63,272 nucleotides of DNA from an uncultured archaeon (GCA_964583985.1 CAZOYD010000006.1:23858-87129); one strand, 5' to 3'. Shown: positions 1-9,500, numbered from the stretch's first letter. Translations and numbers: made by a program. Notes: a model not told the origin generated them from the letters alone.

Positions 1-1
1 T

Positions 2-91
2 TTTTTATCCTTATATCACGAGATAAAAGAAGAGCTTGAAAAAAGAGAAAAAGAACCAAAAGAAGAGAATCTCAATATTGATACGGAATAA
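2..91 (+). CDS. possible 3' end of an upstream gene (FLSLYHEIKEELEKREKEPKEENLNIDTE*)
   Basis: Open frame from the window edge to TAA at 89-91, with a charged C-terminal-like sequence; no family recognisable. Confidence 0.35.
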   Translation, partial: FLSLYHEIKEELEKREKEPKEENLNIDTE

Positions 92-217
92 ACTGCTAAA
101 TCTAATCTTAATCAGATATCATTTTATATTTCTATAAAAAATCAAAAAAAGAATTTTATTAAAAAATTCTTTATTAATGTATTCTATAGCATAAGATAAG
201 TATAAATTTCAATAAGG

Positions 218-1243
218 ATGTCAAATTCCATGAAAAAAGATGAAGGATTATGTCTTGGAATTGAATCCACAGCACATACTTGGAGCGTAGGTATAGTTGA
301 TTTCAGTGGGAATGTTCTTGGTTTGCATAATAACATGTATACACCCGAGGAAGGGGGGCTTCATCCCGCATTGGTGAGAGAATATCATGTACTAAATTTT
401 AAAGACACGATCCTGAGTGCATTACAAGAAGCGAAATGTTCCATGAAGGATCTATCATTAATTGCTTTCAGTCAAAGTCCAGGTTTAGGACCAATCCTTA
501 GAATTGGGGCATTTGTTGCGAGATTATTGAGTCAATTGTATGCGATTCCGATTGTTGGAGTAAATCATTGCATAGCACATGTCGAAATTGGACGCTTGAT
601 GTGTAATATAGAAGATCCGTTAACCCTTTATGTTTCAGGAGGAAATACAATTATTAGTGCTCATGAATCTGGGAGATACCAAATTTTCGGAGAAACGCTT
701 GATATTTCTATAGGTAATATGATTGACATGATAGCTCGAGATGCAGGATTAGCTCATCCTGGAGGTCCAAAAATAGAGAAATTAGCGGCAAAATCTGAAA
801 AATACATTTCATTACCATATGTTGTAAAGGGGATGGATTTATCATTTTCTGGTTTGTATACCGCTGTACGAAATTTAATTGAATCAAGTGATTTTGGAAA
901 AAATTATACTATAGAAGATGTTGCGCATTCGTTACAAGAAACCGGATTCTCAATGCTAGCTGAAGTGACTGAGCGAGCTTTAGCCCATACAAATAAACCA
1001 GAACTACTTTTAACCGGTGGTGTAGCGGCAAACAAGCGATTACAACAAATGATTAAGAGTATTTGTGAGGATCATGGCACGAGATATGAAGTAGTACCTC
1101 TAAAATTTGCCGGAGATAATGGAGCTATGATTGCTTGGACAGGGATCTTACGATATAAATCAGAGGGAGGATTTGAACTTTCCCACACCAACATAAATCC
1201 AAAAGAACGAATGGATAACATTTCAATTCCTTGGCGAAAATAG
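218..1243 (+). CDS. kae1: KEOPS tRNA t6A threonylcarbamoyltransferase Kae1/TsaD
   Basis: LGIESTAHT, HCIAHVEIG (HxxxH), GETLDISIGN and DNGAMIAW motifs. Confidence 0.97.
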   Translation: MSNSMKKDEGLCLGIESTAHTWSVGIVDFSGNVLGLHNNMYTPEEGGLHPALVREYHVLNFKDTILSALQEAKCSMKDLSLIAFSQSPGLGPILRIGAFVARLLSQLYAIPIVGVNHCIAHVEIGRLMCNIEDPLTLYVSGGNTIISAHESGRYQIFGETLDISIGNMIDMIARDAGLAHPGGPKIEKLAAKSEKYISLPYVVKGMDLSFSGLYTAVRNLIESSDFGKNYTIEDVAHSLQETGFSMLAEVTERALAHTNKPELLLTGGVAANKRLQQMIKSICEDHGTRYEVVPLKFAGDNGAMIAWTGILRYKSEGGFELSHTNINPKERMDNISIPWRK

Positions 1244-1930
1244 GTGAAATTCATGGAAGATATTAATATAATAAAAGGAAAAGTTCTCCACAAGGGAGCC
1301 GAAGCTTCCCTTATTCATGGTTTCTGGTTTGGGAAGGAAGTAATTTTTAAACAAAGATACCCAAAAAATTATAGGATCGAACCAATTGATAAACAACTTA
1401 GAGTAACAAGGACGCTTAATGAAGCTCGAGCTCTAATTAAGGTCAAAACTTACGGATTGAATGTCCCGCAAGTATTTGAGATAGATATTAATACTTCAAC
1501 TATTATTATGAAGTTTATTGAAGGGAAAAAATTAAAAGATTTACTTTTTGTACTTGATGATAAGAAAAAATCTAAATATTTTTATACAATTGGTGAATTC
1601 ATAGCAAAATTACACCAAAATGGTCATATTCATGGAGATATTACCACCAGTAACATAATCATAACACCTAATGAGGATGTTTTTCTCATTGATTTTGGAT
1701 TACATGAATACTCTGATTCTGTAGAAGACAAAAGCGTTGATCTTCACCTATTAAAACGTGTTTTAATTTCTTCTCACGGGGCAGATTTTAAAAAGTGCTT
1801 TATAGCTTTTAAAAAGGGTTATCTCTCCAATTATGATTTAAATGGTTCAAATGAAGGCAAATATATCATACAAAACATTAAATCGATAGAAAGTCGTGGA
1901 CGGTACGTCAAACAAGAAGAAAGAAAATGA
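1244..1930 (+). CDS. bud32: KEOPS kinase Bud32
   Basis: KGAEA, RTLNEAR, HGDITTSN, IDFGL and terminal RGRY; abuts kae1. Confidence 0.95.
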   Translation: MKFMEDINIIKGKVLHKGAEASLIHGFWFGKEVIFKQRYPKNYRIEPIDKQLRVTRTLNEARALIKVKTYGLNVPQVFEIDINTSTIIMKFIEGKKLKDLLFVLDDKKKSKYFYTIGEFIAKLHQNGHIHGDITTSNIIITPNEDVFLIDFGLHEYSDSVEDKSVDLHLLKRVLISSHGADFKKCFIAFKKGYLSNYDLNGSNEGKYIIQNIKSIESRGRYVKQEERK

Positions 1931-2193
1931 ATAAAATTTTTTCATTTAATCTGAAATAATTGATGAAAAACTGTCAACATGTTAATTAATTTAACAAAAT
2001 ATTTTACATCTGATATAGAGATCTTTAAATACCGTCATTGTGGACACATAATTTTATATACAAGGTAATCTTTTAATTTATTACTAAAAATTTGGTATTG
2101 TTAGACGTTAAGAATATTTATCTGCTTTTAACATTCCAGATTTCATCATTTATATCAATATTCTCATAATTAACAAGATTAGGATTCTTTCTA

Positions 2194-2397
2194 TTGACCG
2201 AAGCTAATGAAAATAAACCCAAGATGGTAAACATTACCATAAATATTCCTCATTGTTATGATGAAAACATTCATAAATTAATAGCAATGAAAATTGTCCC
2301 AAGTCGTTCTGAGGCAATTCGAATTGCGTTAAAAGAATACTTGCAAGAAGAATATAATGAAAATTTGGGACTTTTAGGTTATTTTAAAAAGAAATGA
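2194..2397 (+). CDS. ribbon-helix-helix (CopG/Arc) DNA-binding protein
   Basis: MVNITINIP...SRSEAIRIAL RHH signature. Confidence 0.85.
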   Translation: MTEANENKPKMVNITINIPHCYDENIHKLIAMKIVPSRSEAIRIALKEYLQEEYNENLGLLGYFKKK

Positions 2398-2456
2398 TGA
2401 TTTTAAAAAATTTTGTTAAAATTAGATTTTTCAGAAACAAGTAATTACTAAATTAA

Positions 2457-2720
2457 TTATCTCCTTCTTCTTATCTTTCTTGCTTCCCTTTCGACTTCCC
2501 TTAAAACTACTATATCATTAACACGTATAGGTCCCTTCACATTTCTGGTCAAAATGCGATTTTTATCTGGACCTTCCAGAATGCGCACTTTAATTTGGCT
2601 TATTTCTCCAGTAAGACCAGTGCGTCCTACGATTTGGAGAACCTCAGCAGGGATAGAAAAATCTCGTTGTGGCTTTTTTTCTGTTTTCGTTTTATCAATT
2701 TTTACCAAAAAATCCACCAC
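2457..2720 (-). CDS. rps28e: 30S ribosomal protein S28e
   Basis: [17 protein letters not shown]...RNVKGPIR...EREARK. Confidence 0.96.
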   Translation of the reverse strand: MVDFLVKIDKTKTEKKPQRDFSIPAEVLQIVGRTGLTGEISQIKVRILEGPDKNRILTRNVKGPIRVNDIVVLREVEREARKIRRRR

Positions 2721-2721
2721 T

Positions 2722-3093
2722 TTAAGTTCTTAATGCTCCTAATTTCTTAATTATGCTCCCCAATACATTTTCGTTTCCAGTACCAACAGATTCAATTGCG
2801 ATGGCAGATGATGCAACATTTATTCGAACCGCTCCACCTAACTCTTTTTTCGTTGATAGGTAAGCATATGGTATCTTTTTCTCATCACATAATAAGGGGA
2901 CATGAAATAATATTTCTGGAGGACTCACATCTTCAGCCATTACAACGAGCTTTGCTAAGTTCCTTTCAATTGCTTTCGTAACTTCATTCATTCCTTTTCG
3001 TATCTTTGAATCTCGAGCTTCAGCTATGGTATTCAGGGCATTTTTTAAATCTTTTTTTATGTCGTCAGGAATTTTATATTTTACATAACTCAT
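2722..3093 (-). CDS. rpl7ae: 50S ribosomal protein L7Ae
   Basis: [27 protein letters not shown]; GAAGGAG SD upstream. Confidence 0.97.
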   Translation of the reverse strand: MSYVKYKIPDDIKKDLKNALNTIAEARDSKIRKGMNEVTKAIERNLAKLVVMAEDVSPPEILFHVPLLCDEKKIPYAYLSTKKELGGAVRINVASSAIAIESVGTGNENVLGSIIKKLGALRT

Positions 3094-3261
3094 TTATTTT
3101 CTCCTTCGAATTCGAATTTTTCGAATTTTCATAATTCATCGAATTATTGAAGAAGTAAGTAGTGGATAGAAAATAAAATTTTTGATTTAATCGCAAAGTT
3201 TTTGTTTCATGAGAGATTAAAACTATTATAAACAAATTTTAATATAGGATGTGATAAAACC

Positions 3262-3462
3262 ATAATAATTCCGATAAGATGTTTCTCCTGTGGTAAATTA
3301 ATCGCACATGTCTATAAACCGTATTTAGAGGCTTTAGAAAAAGGAGAAAGCTCTGAAGCTGCTTTTGAAAAGTTAGGAATCAAACGTTTTTGTTGCAAAA
3401 GAATGATCGTATCTCATGCAGATTTGATAGATGATCTTTTAAAGTTTCCACGCTTGCAATAA
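3262..3462 (+). CDS. rpoN: DNA-directed RNA polymerase subunit N (Rpo10), ATA start; absent from the ORF track
   Basis: My translation: (M)IIPIRCFSCGKLIAHVYKPYLEALEKGESSEAAFEKLGIKRFCCKRMIVSHADLIDDLLKFPRLQ*; CxxC...CC zinc motif; SD-like GGATGTGA upstream. Confidence 0.96.
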   Translation: MIIPIRCFSCGKLIAHVYKPYLEALEKGESSEAAFEKLGIKRFCCKRMIVSHADLIDDLLKFPRLQ

Positions 3463-3549
3463 CTCAAGTTCTCCTAATTATGATAAGAAATGATTTTCTA
3501 TTCTCCTAATAGAAAATTCGTATATTATTTTTAAAAGAAGTAGAGATTA

Positions 3550-3732
3550 TTATTCTTTACCATAAACAGAAGTCCATCTCGTCTTTCGTGGATTATTTTT
3601 ATAAATGAGCATGGCTTTTCTGCATTTTTGGCTGCAAAAATTCAAGATTGTTCCATCCCGCCTGATATACATGTGTCCCTTCCCGATTGATATATCGCTT
3701 GTACAGAAGGAACATTTCTTCACTTTGACTAT
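3550..3732 (-). CDS. rpl24e: 50S ribosomal protein L24e (ATA start likely; alternative GTG at 3723); absent from the ORF track
   Basis: My translation: (M)VKVKKCSFCTSDISIGKGHMYIRRDGTILNFCSQKCRKAMLIYKNNPRKTRWTSVYGKE*. Confidence 0.95.
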   Translation of the reverse strand: MVKVKKCSFCTSDISIGKGHMYIRRDGTILNFCSQKCRKAMLIYKNNPRKTRWTSVYGKE

Positions 3733-3752
3733 AATTTTTCACCTAAAATTTG

Positions 3753-4169
3753 TTATTCTCCTTGAGTTGCCTTGAAAAGTTCGCTTTCGCCGTATTTAAC
3801 GACTTTTAAATTGATCAAGGTCATATCATGTGTTATCTCATTTCCTCTCACGGTTCTTCGCTTTTTTTGTCCTTTTCTTCTAGGTTTATAGCCACTTCCG
3901 CGTTTTGAAACGAGGATTCTCTTTTTTACGGGACCATGAACATCTTTTCTCATTGGAAATCCGCTTGCATCAGAACCTCCCCTGATTTCGAATTCATAAT
4001 TAGGAAAGCCAACTAATCCACCTTTAATTATATCTCCTATTCCCATTCCCTCAAAACGAAACCTTTTATCATCAATTTCGATAATCTTTGATAATCCTTT
4101 ACCAGGTCCCTCATTTCCACCGGATATGTTAAGCTTATAAACTTTTTTCTCTGAACTCATCTTGATCAA
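3753..4169 (-). CDS. rps6e: 30S ribosomal protein S6e
   Basis: IRGGSDASGFPMRKDVHG...RRTVRGNEI. Confidence 0.96.
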   Translation of the reverse strand: MIKMSSEKKVYKLNISGGNEGPGKGLSKIIEIDDKRFRFEGMGIGDIIKGGLVGFPNYEFEIRGGSDASGFPMRKDVHGPVKKRILVSKRGSGYKPRRKGQKKRRTVRGNEITHDMTLINLKVVKYGESELFKATQGE

Positions 4170-4326
4170 ATTAATATAAGGAAAATTACTAAGAAAAATG
4201 ACCCAAAATATAAAAATTTTATTGATAAAGAGGTCTTTTTCAATTTCTCCGTTTTCAAAAAAACGAATATTTATTTTAGTATATATTTCATAATGTAATT
4301 AAAGCAATAACTGTGTACTAGTCAAA

Positions 4327-5154
4327 ATGCAAATTTTCGAAGTGCTTGAGTTAAGAGAATATCCTTATTTTCTCACTGTGGATGCGTCAGATGGAGAAGT
4401 TGTTCGTGATACCATCAATGATCTGAATAACTATAAAGCCTATTTATTGGTAGATCATGATACTAAAAGGATTTGGACATATAATGGTATTAATAGTTCA
4501 TTAAAGCTCCAAATTTTTGGAGGAATTTTAGCGGGAATGTTAAGAAATCAATTACGTGGATTTTATCGCATATATCCCTTGAATAAATATTCCTCTGAAG
4601 ATCCTGAGTTTCAAGAAATTTTAAGCAAAACTTTAGGAGAAGGAAGAGCACGTGCAATAGATATAGCAGATTTTCCTCCTCAATCTGATAATATACCAAA
4701 ACAGGAAATACGAATTGATAACCCCCGTTTGAATAAAGCCTTAGAAGTTATTAAAGAATATCCCTTAATACCTGATTTCAAGAGATCTTTCTTGATTGTT
4801 GGGGGCACGCTTTATTCAGATGAAAAATTCATGGAATCTTTTCTTAAAGAGGAAAAAGTTACCTTGGAAGAAGTTAAACTGGGCAGACTGAACAATGGAT
4901 TTACTTTTTTTAATGATCGGAACTATTCAGTTCGCATTATTGTTTCAAATAGAACGATCCAAGGGATAGAATTATATGTGCCCCTACATGAAGATCTCCC
5001 TGTAATAAGATTGAAAACGCCAGTTATCATGGAAGAAAAATTCAGTAAACCAGGTAATATTAAAAATGTGATCAAGGCATTCCAGATTCCCGATACATTA
5101 TCAGATGAAGAAGTAATTATCCATGATTTATCAAGTTCGAATAAAAGAAATTAG
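4327..5154 (+). CDS. single gelsolin-like domain plus C-terminal X domain (Asgard 1DGelX-like)
   Basis: AYLLVDHDTKRIWTYNGINSS...AGMLR gelsolin-type strand-strand-helix pattern; C-terminal domain RSFLIVGGTLY...RIIVSN.TIQGIELY. Confidence 0.7.
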   Translation: MQIFEVLELREYPYFLTVDASDGEVVRDTINDLNNYKAYLLVDHDTKRIWTYNGINSSLKLQIFGGILAGMLRNQLRGFYRIYPLNKYSSEDPEFQEILSKTLGEGRARAIDIADFPPQSDNIPKQEIRIDNPRLNKALEVIKEYPLIPDFKRSFLIVGGTLYSDEKFMESFLKEEKVTLEEVKLGRLNNGFTFFNDRNYSVRIIVSNRTIQGIELYVPLHEDLPVIRLKTPVIMEEKFSKPGNIKNVIKAFQIPDTLSDEEVIIHDLSSSNKRN

Positions 5155-5163
5155 CTTAATATA

Positions 5164-6504
5164 ATGATTCTTTTAATAAATCCTAAAACTACCAAATCTA
5201 CAGAAATTAATGCCGAATATTTTAGAGAACCAAATTTGGGGTTGCTTTACCTCGCAGCAATTTTAGAGGATCAAGGAATCCCTGTAGAAATCTTGGATTT
5301 AGAACAATTTTTACCATTTAATGATACAGATTTGGAACGTATTATTGAACATCATATCCGGGGTTTTACCATCTTTGGATTGACATCTCTTACAAATAAT
5401 TTTTCTTATACACTTCAAATTGTAAAAATAATAAGGAAATTAAAACCACACAGCAAAATCGTGTTAGGTGGACCGCATGCATCCTTTCTTTATGAGGATA
5501 TATTAAATATGGAGAATTTAATCAATTATATTTGCGTGGGGGAGGCTGAACGCTCATTTCCGGAATTATTGAACAAATTACTGAACGACTCATACAAGGA
5601 CTTGAATATCATCCAGTTTGAATCAATTCTAAGAAAGATTAAAGGCATCGCATTCAAAAATCATTTAGGAAAGATTGAATTTACTGGAAACCCAGAACCA
5701 ATTAATATCGACATCTTACCATTACCTGCTCGATATAAACTCGTTCATGAATGTTATCATTATCGAGTAGCAAGTGTAATCATAAATCGTGGATGTCCAA
5801 ATCAGTGTTCATTTTGTTCAAGACAAAATTTATTTAAAAAACCTCGAATAAGAAACATCCCATCCATAATGGCAGAGATCAGAGATATAATCTCTCTACA
5901 AAATTATACTTACATCAATTTTTATGATAACATTAACATCAACAAGCATTTCTTCGAAGAATTTTGTAAAATGTTTATGAATAATAAAATAAATATCCCA
6001 TGGGGCTGTGAATTAAGAGTAGACTCCATAACTCAAGAAGAAGCGCAGTTATTAAAACAAGCAGGGTGTCGTCTCGTCGCAACTGGAATAGAATCTGCAA
6101 GTCTCGAAGTCCTCACAAAAAATTTCAAGTTTCAAAATCCCCAAGACGTGATACGAGGCTTACATTACTTAAAACAAGTAGGAATTCCCGTTCAAGCATA
6201 TTTCGTATTAGGATTGCCCGGAGAAACTGAAAAAACCTTTTTACAAACAATTCAATATATCAAGCAGCTTCCATTTGATGCTAATGATCGCATCAATTAC
6301 TTTATTGCGACCCCTTACCCGGGCTCTCGATTATGGATTGACTACGAAAAATTCGGGATTAATATCTTCGAAAATGATTTTTCAAAATATGATTGTGAAC
6401 ATGTAATTTTTCAGACTCATGAATTGTCAAGAGAACAATTAGAGAAATTACATCACATCGCCAAAAAGGTAGAATCTCATTTTCAGCAAGATAATATTGA
6501 ATGA
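5164..6504 (+). CDS. B12-binding radical SAM protein
   Basis: N-terminal PNLGLLYLAA...GGPHAS domain; RGCPNQCSFC CxxxCxxC motif; GLPGET. Confidence 0.92.
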   Translation: MILLINPKTTKSTEINAEYFREPNLGLLYLAAILEDQGIPVEILDLEQFLPFNDTDLERIIEHHIRGFTIFGLTSLTNNFSYTLQIVKIIRKLKPHSKIVLGGPHASFLYEDILNMENLINYICVGEAERSFPELLNKLLNDSYKDLNIIQFESILRKIKGIAFKNHLGKIEFTGNPEPINIDILPLPARYKLVHECYHYRVASVIINRGCPNQCSFCSRQNLFKKPRIRNIPSIMAEIRDIISLQNYTYINFYDNININKHFFEEFCKMFMNNKINIPWGCELRVDSITQEEAQLLKQAGCRLVATGIESASLEVLTKNFKFQNPQDVIRGLHYLKQVGIPVQAYFVLGLPGETEKTFLQTIQYIKQLPFDANDRINYFIATPYPGSRLWIDYEKFGINIFENDFSKYDCEHVIFQTHELSREQLEKLHHIAKKVESHFQQDNIE

Positions 6505-6631
6505 AATTTGTCAATTGATATATGCAAATTTTATTAATAGAGAATTAACTCTAATTTATTGTATATAAATTATTAATCATATTATCCAAAACATATTTAA
6601 TTTTAAATAAAAAAGAGTTCCTGTATGAATT

Positions 6632-7915
6632 ATGGCAAAAACGGATTATTTTATAGGAGAAGCTCTTCTGGGTGCTGAAGAAAATATAGCGCATATTGAT
6701 TTGCTAATCGGCTCAAAGGATGGACCTGTTGGGATCTCCTTTGCAAATGCTCTTAGTACTCCATCAATGGGGCATGGAAGATTATTGGCATGTATTCGCC
6801 CAAATTTATTAACTAAACCGATAAGTTTAATAGTTCCCAAAGTCACGCTCTCCAAGATGGAAGATTCTAATAAGATTTTCGGTCCTGCTCAAGCTGCAGT
6901 TGCCAAAGCTATAGCAGATACCGTAGAAGAAAACCTCATCCCCATGAATAAACTTGATGAATGGCTTATAATCGTAAGTGTTTTTATCCATCCAGATGCA
7001 AAAGATTATAGAAAAATCTATCAATATAATTATGGCGCGACCAAGTTAGCCATTCAAAGGGCATTAAAATCATATCCTCCAATAGAAAAAATATTTTATG
7101 ATAAAGATCGAGCCAAGCATCCTGTTGCTGGAATGAAAGTACCAAGGCTATGGAGACCTCCATATATACAAGTAGCGTTAGATCATCCCGATATGGATCA
7201 TGCATTGAAAGTGGTTAATAGTCTACCGAAGAGTGATAGAATTATTTTAGAAATTGGGACACCGTTTCTCAAGAAATATGGAATGGAAGCGATAAAAAAG
7301 ATAAGAGAAATCGCTCCACAAAAATTTATTGTTGCTGATTTAAAAACTCTAGATGTGGGCAAATTAGAGGTGGATTTCGCATTTGATGCAACAGCAGATG
7401 CTACAGTTGCAAGTGGTTTAGCAGCTCCCTCATCAATTGATAAATTCCTTTTAGAAGCCAATCGTATGGGTATATATGGTTTCGTAGATACGATGGAAGT
7501 AGAGGATCCTGTTACAAAATTGAAATCATTGAAACAAGTTCCTGATGTCGTCATTTTACACAGGGCAATAGATGTTGAACAAGGTGCAGGAAATCAATCC
7601 CCTGATTCGGCCCAAAAAGCAAGATGGGCGGTTATTCCTAAAATAAAAGAATTATATAAGGATCAAAAATTAGCCTCAGGGAGAGATCGCGTGTTAGTAG
7701 CTGTTGCTGGTGGAATAGAGCCCAATACTGCGATATATGCTTTGGAAATGGGTGCTGACATACTAATAGTTGGTAGATTCGTCACGTCATCAAAAGATGT
7801 CGAAAATTCCATGCGCAGATTGCTTAACATCATACCTGGTTATTCTGATATTGACTTAAAACGGATTCATTCCGAGGATGACGATAATTCAGCCAGCATG
7901 CCAAAAGGAGAATAA
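6632..7915 (+). CDS. fae-hps: bifunctional formaldehyde-activating enzyme / 3-hexulose-6-phosphate synthase
   Basis: GEAL...AHIDLLIG, FGPAQAAVAKA, YNYGATKLA (Fae); QVALD, LEIGTP, ADLKTLDVG, LHRAIDVE, AGGI (Hps). Confidence 0.94.
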   Translation: MAKTDYFIGEALLGAEENIAHIDLLIGSKDGPVGISFANALSTPSMGHGRLLACIRPNLLTKPISLIVPKVTLSKMEDSNKIFGPAQAAVAKAIADTVEENLIPMNKLDEWLIIVSVFIHPDAKDYRKIYQYNYGATKLAIQRALKSYPPIEKIFYDKDRAKHPVAGMKVPRLWRPPYIQVALDHPDMDHALKVVNSLPKSDRIILEIGTPFLKKYGMEAIKKIREIAPQKFIVADLKTLDVGKLEVDFAFDATADATVASGLAAPSSIDKFLLEANRMGIYGFVDTMEVEDPVTKLKSLKQVPDVVILHRAIDVEQGAGNQSPDSAQKARWAVIPKIKELYKDQKLASGRDRVLVAVAGGIEPNTAIYALEMGADILIVGRFVTSSKDVENSMRRLLNIIPGYSDIDLKRIHSEDDDNSASMPKGE

Positions 7916-7965
7916 TTTTTTTTCTTTTTCATTTCAAAAATAGAATTATTAGAACACAATTTTTT

Positions 7966-8403
7966 CTACTTATTTTTTATAAGATTTTGAAGACTACGTT
8001 GAAGATAATCTTCAAATTGGTTTATTTCTTCCTCACTAAAACCATCATAAAATAATTTTGTCATAATTTTTGACGCGTCGATAAAACCTTCTTTTAGTTT
8101 TGAAGTTTTTTCTGTTAGAATTATGAAAATCTCCCGCTTATCATCCTTAGATTGAATTTTTTTGATGTAACCCACGTTTTCTAAATTATCTAAATGTGAG
8201 CTTAGTGTCGATTTAGTTAGCTGAGTCTGCTCGACCAGTTCATGAATGGGAATATTATCTCTTTGCAATAAAAGGAATATGATACGACCCTGTGATGGAT
8301 TAAATACATTAAGATTATTTGCTAATAGTATTTTAGAAAACACTCTCTTGGAAAGTTGATGGATTTTTGAAATTAAAAATCCACCCTCCCTTAAAGCTTC
8401 TAT
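7966..8403 (-). CDS. MarR-family regulator; N-terminus extended to ATA at 8403 (track starts at GTG 8343)
   Basis: wHTH with DDKRE wing; the in-frame extension EALREGGFLISKIHQLSKRVFSK resembles MarR helix 1; AGGTGA SD upstream. Confidence 0.88.
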   Translation of the reverse strand: MEALREGGFLISKIHQLSKRVFSKILLANNLNVFNPSQGRIIFLLLQRDNIPIHELVEQTQLTKSTLSSHLDNLENVGYIKKIQSKDDKREIFIILTEKTSKLKEGFIDASKIMTKLFYDGFSEEEINQFEDYLQRSLQNLIKNK

Positions 8404-8873
8404 AATGGTTCACCTGTTTTGAAGCGAAATTTCTGCAACTTATAATAAAACTCAGCCATTTTTGGATTTAATCGGAGCAACGTGTAATCAGGGTCTTTTA
8501 CACCATCAGGATAATATTTTGTCCACCATTCTAGCCATATCTTATTCTTTATTGTCATGTTATTAATAATCTCTACTTCCCCACCAAACATGACTCCCTT
8601 GAAATCTTCTGTGTCGCAGTAATAAACAGATATTTTAGGGTTATTTTTAATATGGTTGATTTTAGATGAGGAAGTATTTGTCGAGATATAAATTTCAAAT
8701 TGATAGGTTGATTGATTAAAGAATTCTGAGAACTCAGGGAATTGCTCTTTATTCCTTAAATTAAACATTGCCCTCGTTATGGGGTATCCTTCAGAATCAA
8801 TTGTAGTTAAATAGACCGCTTTGGAGGATTCCATCAATTCTAAGCACTTTTTTTTTACTTCTTCTAATTCCAT
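8400..8873 (-). CDS. pyridoxamine 5'-phosphate oxidase-like / general stress FMN-binding protein
   Basis: YLTTIDSEGYPITRAM, STNTSSSKI...NPKISVYY, YYPDGVKDPDY. Confidence 0.88.
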   Translation of the reverse strand: MELEEVKKKCLELMESSKAVYLTTIDSEGYPITRAMFNLRNKEQFPEFSEFFNQSTYQFEIYISTNTSSSKINHIKNNPKISVYYCDTEDFKGVMFGGEVEIINNMTIKNKIWLEWWTKYYPDGVKDPDYTLLRLNPKMAEFYYKLQKFRFKTGEPL

Positions 8874-8907
8874 ATTTTTCCCTTATTTATTTAATTTGAT
8901 TTTAAAA

Positions 8908-9252
8908 TTACAAGTTCTTTCGAATTTTATCTAAACACTCCTTCGCTAAGGGAACTTTATCAAAAGTTATCTTTAACTTATCACAAAAATAATCTTCACA
9001 ATGAGCACAATTTTCGAATCCTTTTGCCTGGCAGCAAATCTTTATAGGACATTCACTACACCAGCTAAAATGTCTTCCGTCCTGATTACAACTATCACAA
9101 TAAATATCTTCAGGTTTAAAAGACATCGCTGGAATTGACCATTCTTTTGCGATCTTTTCAATTTCCTCAAGATTACCCTTTTGAGTGGCTAAATACGCAG
9201 GACATTCTGAACAGTTAATTCCACAATACGCAATTACTTTTTCCATATTCAT
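8908..9252 (-). CDS. DUF3795 cysteine-rich protein
   Basis: AYCGINCSEC...CDSC...CPIKICC...NCAHCEDYFC. Confidence 0.85.
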   Translation of the reverse strand: MNMEKVIAYCGINCSECPAYLATQKGNLEEIEKIAKEWSIPAMSFKPEDIYCDSCNQDGRHFSWCSECPIKICCQAKGFENCAHCEDYFCDKLKITFDKVPLAKECLDKIRKNL

Positions 9253-9277
9253 TTCCTCATTTGATTTATTTTAGGTA

Positions 9278-9305
9278 GTTCGATTTCGAACGTTCGATAT
9301 CGAAC
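9278..9305. promoter_or_regulatory. tandem 14-bp palindromes, probable MarR operator
   Basis: GTTCGATTTCGAAC (one mismatch) immediately followed by GTTCGATATCGAAC (perfect), between a minus-strand TTTAAATA box (~9329-9336) and the DUF3795-PNPOx-MarR operon. Confidence 0.75.
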
Positions 9306-9500
9306 AAATATTAAAAATTTCGCTTTCTATTTAAATCTGATGGATAAAATGGATAAAATGAATTTTTCATCATAGCGATCAGAAAGGAATCAATTAAATT
9401 AATATCTCAAAAAACGAATCTTTAAAAATGTAATTAACCAACATTTAAACGTATTAAAATATTTCTTAAATTTTTAAAGAATAAGAAGAGGTATTATCTG

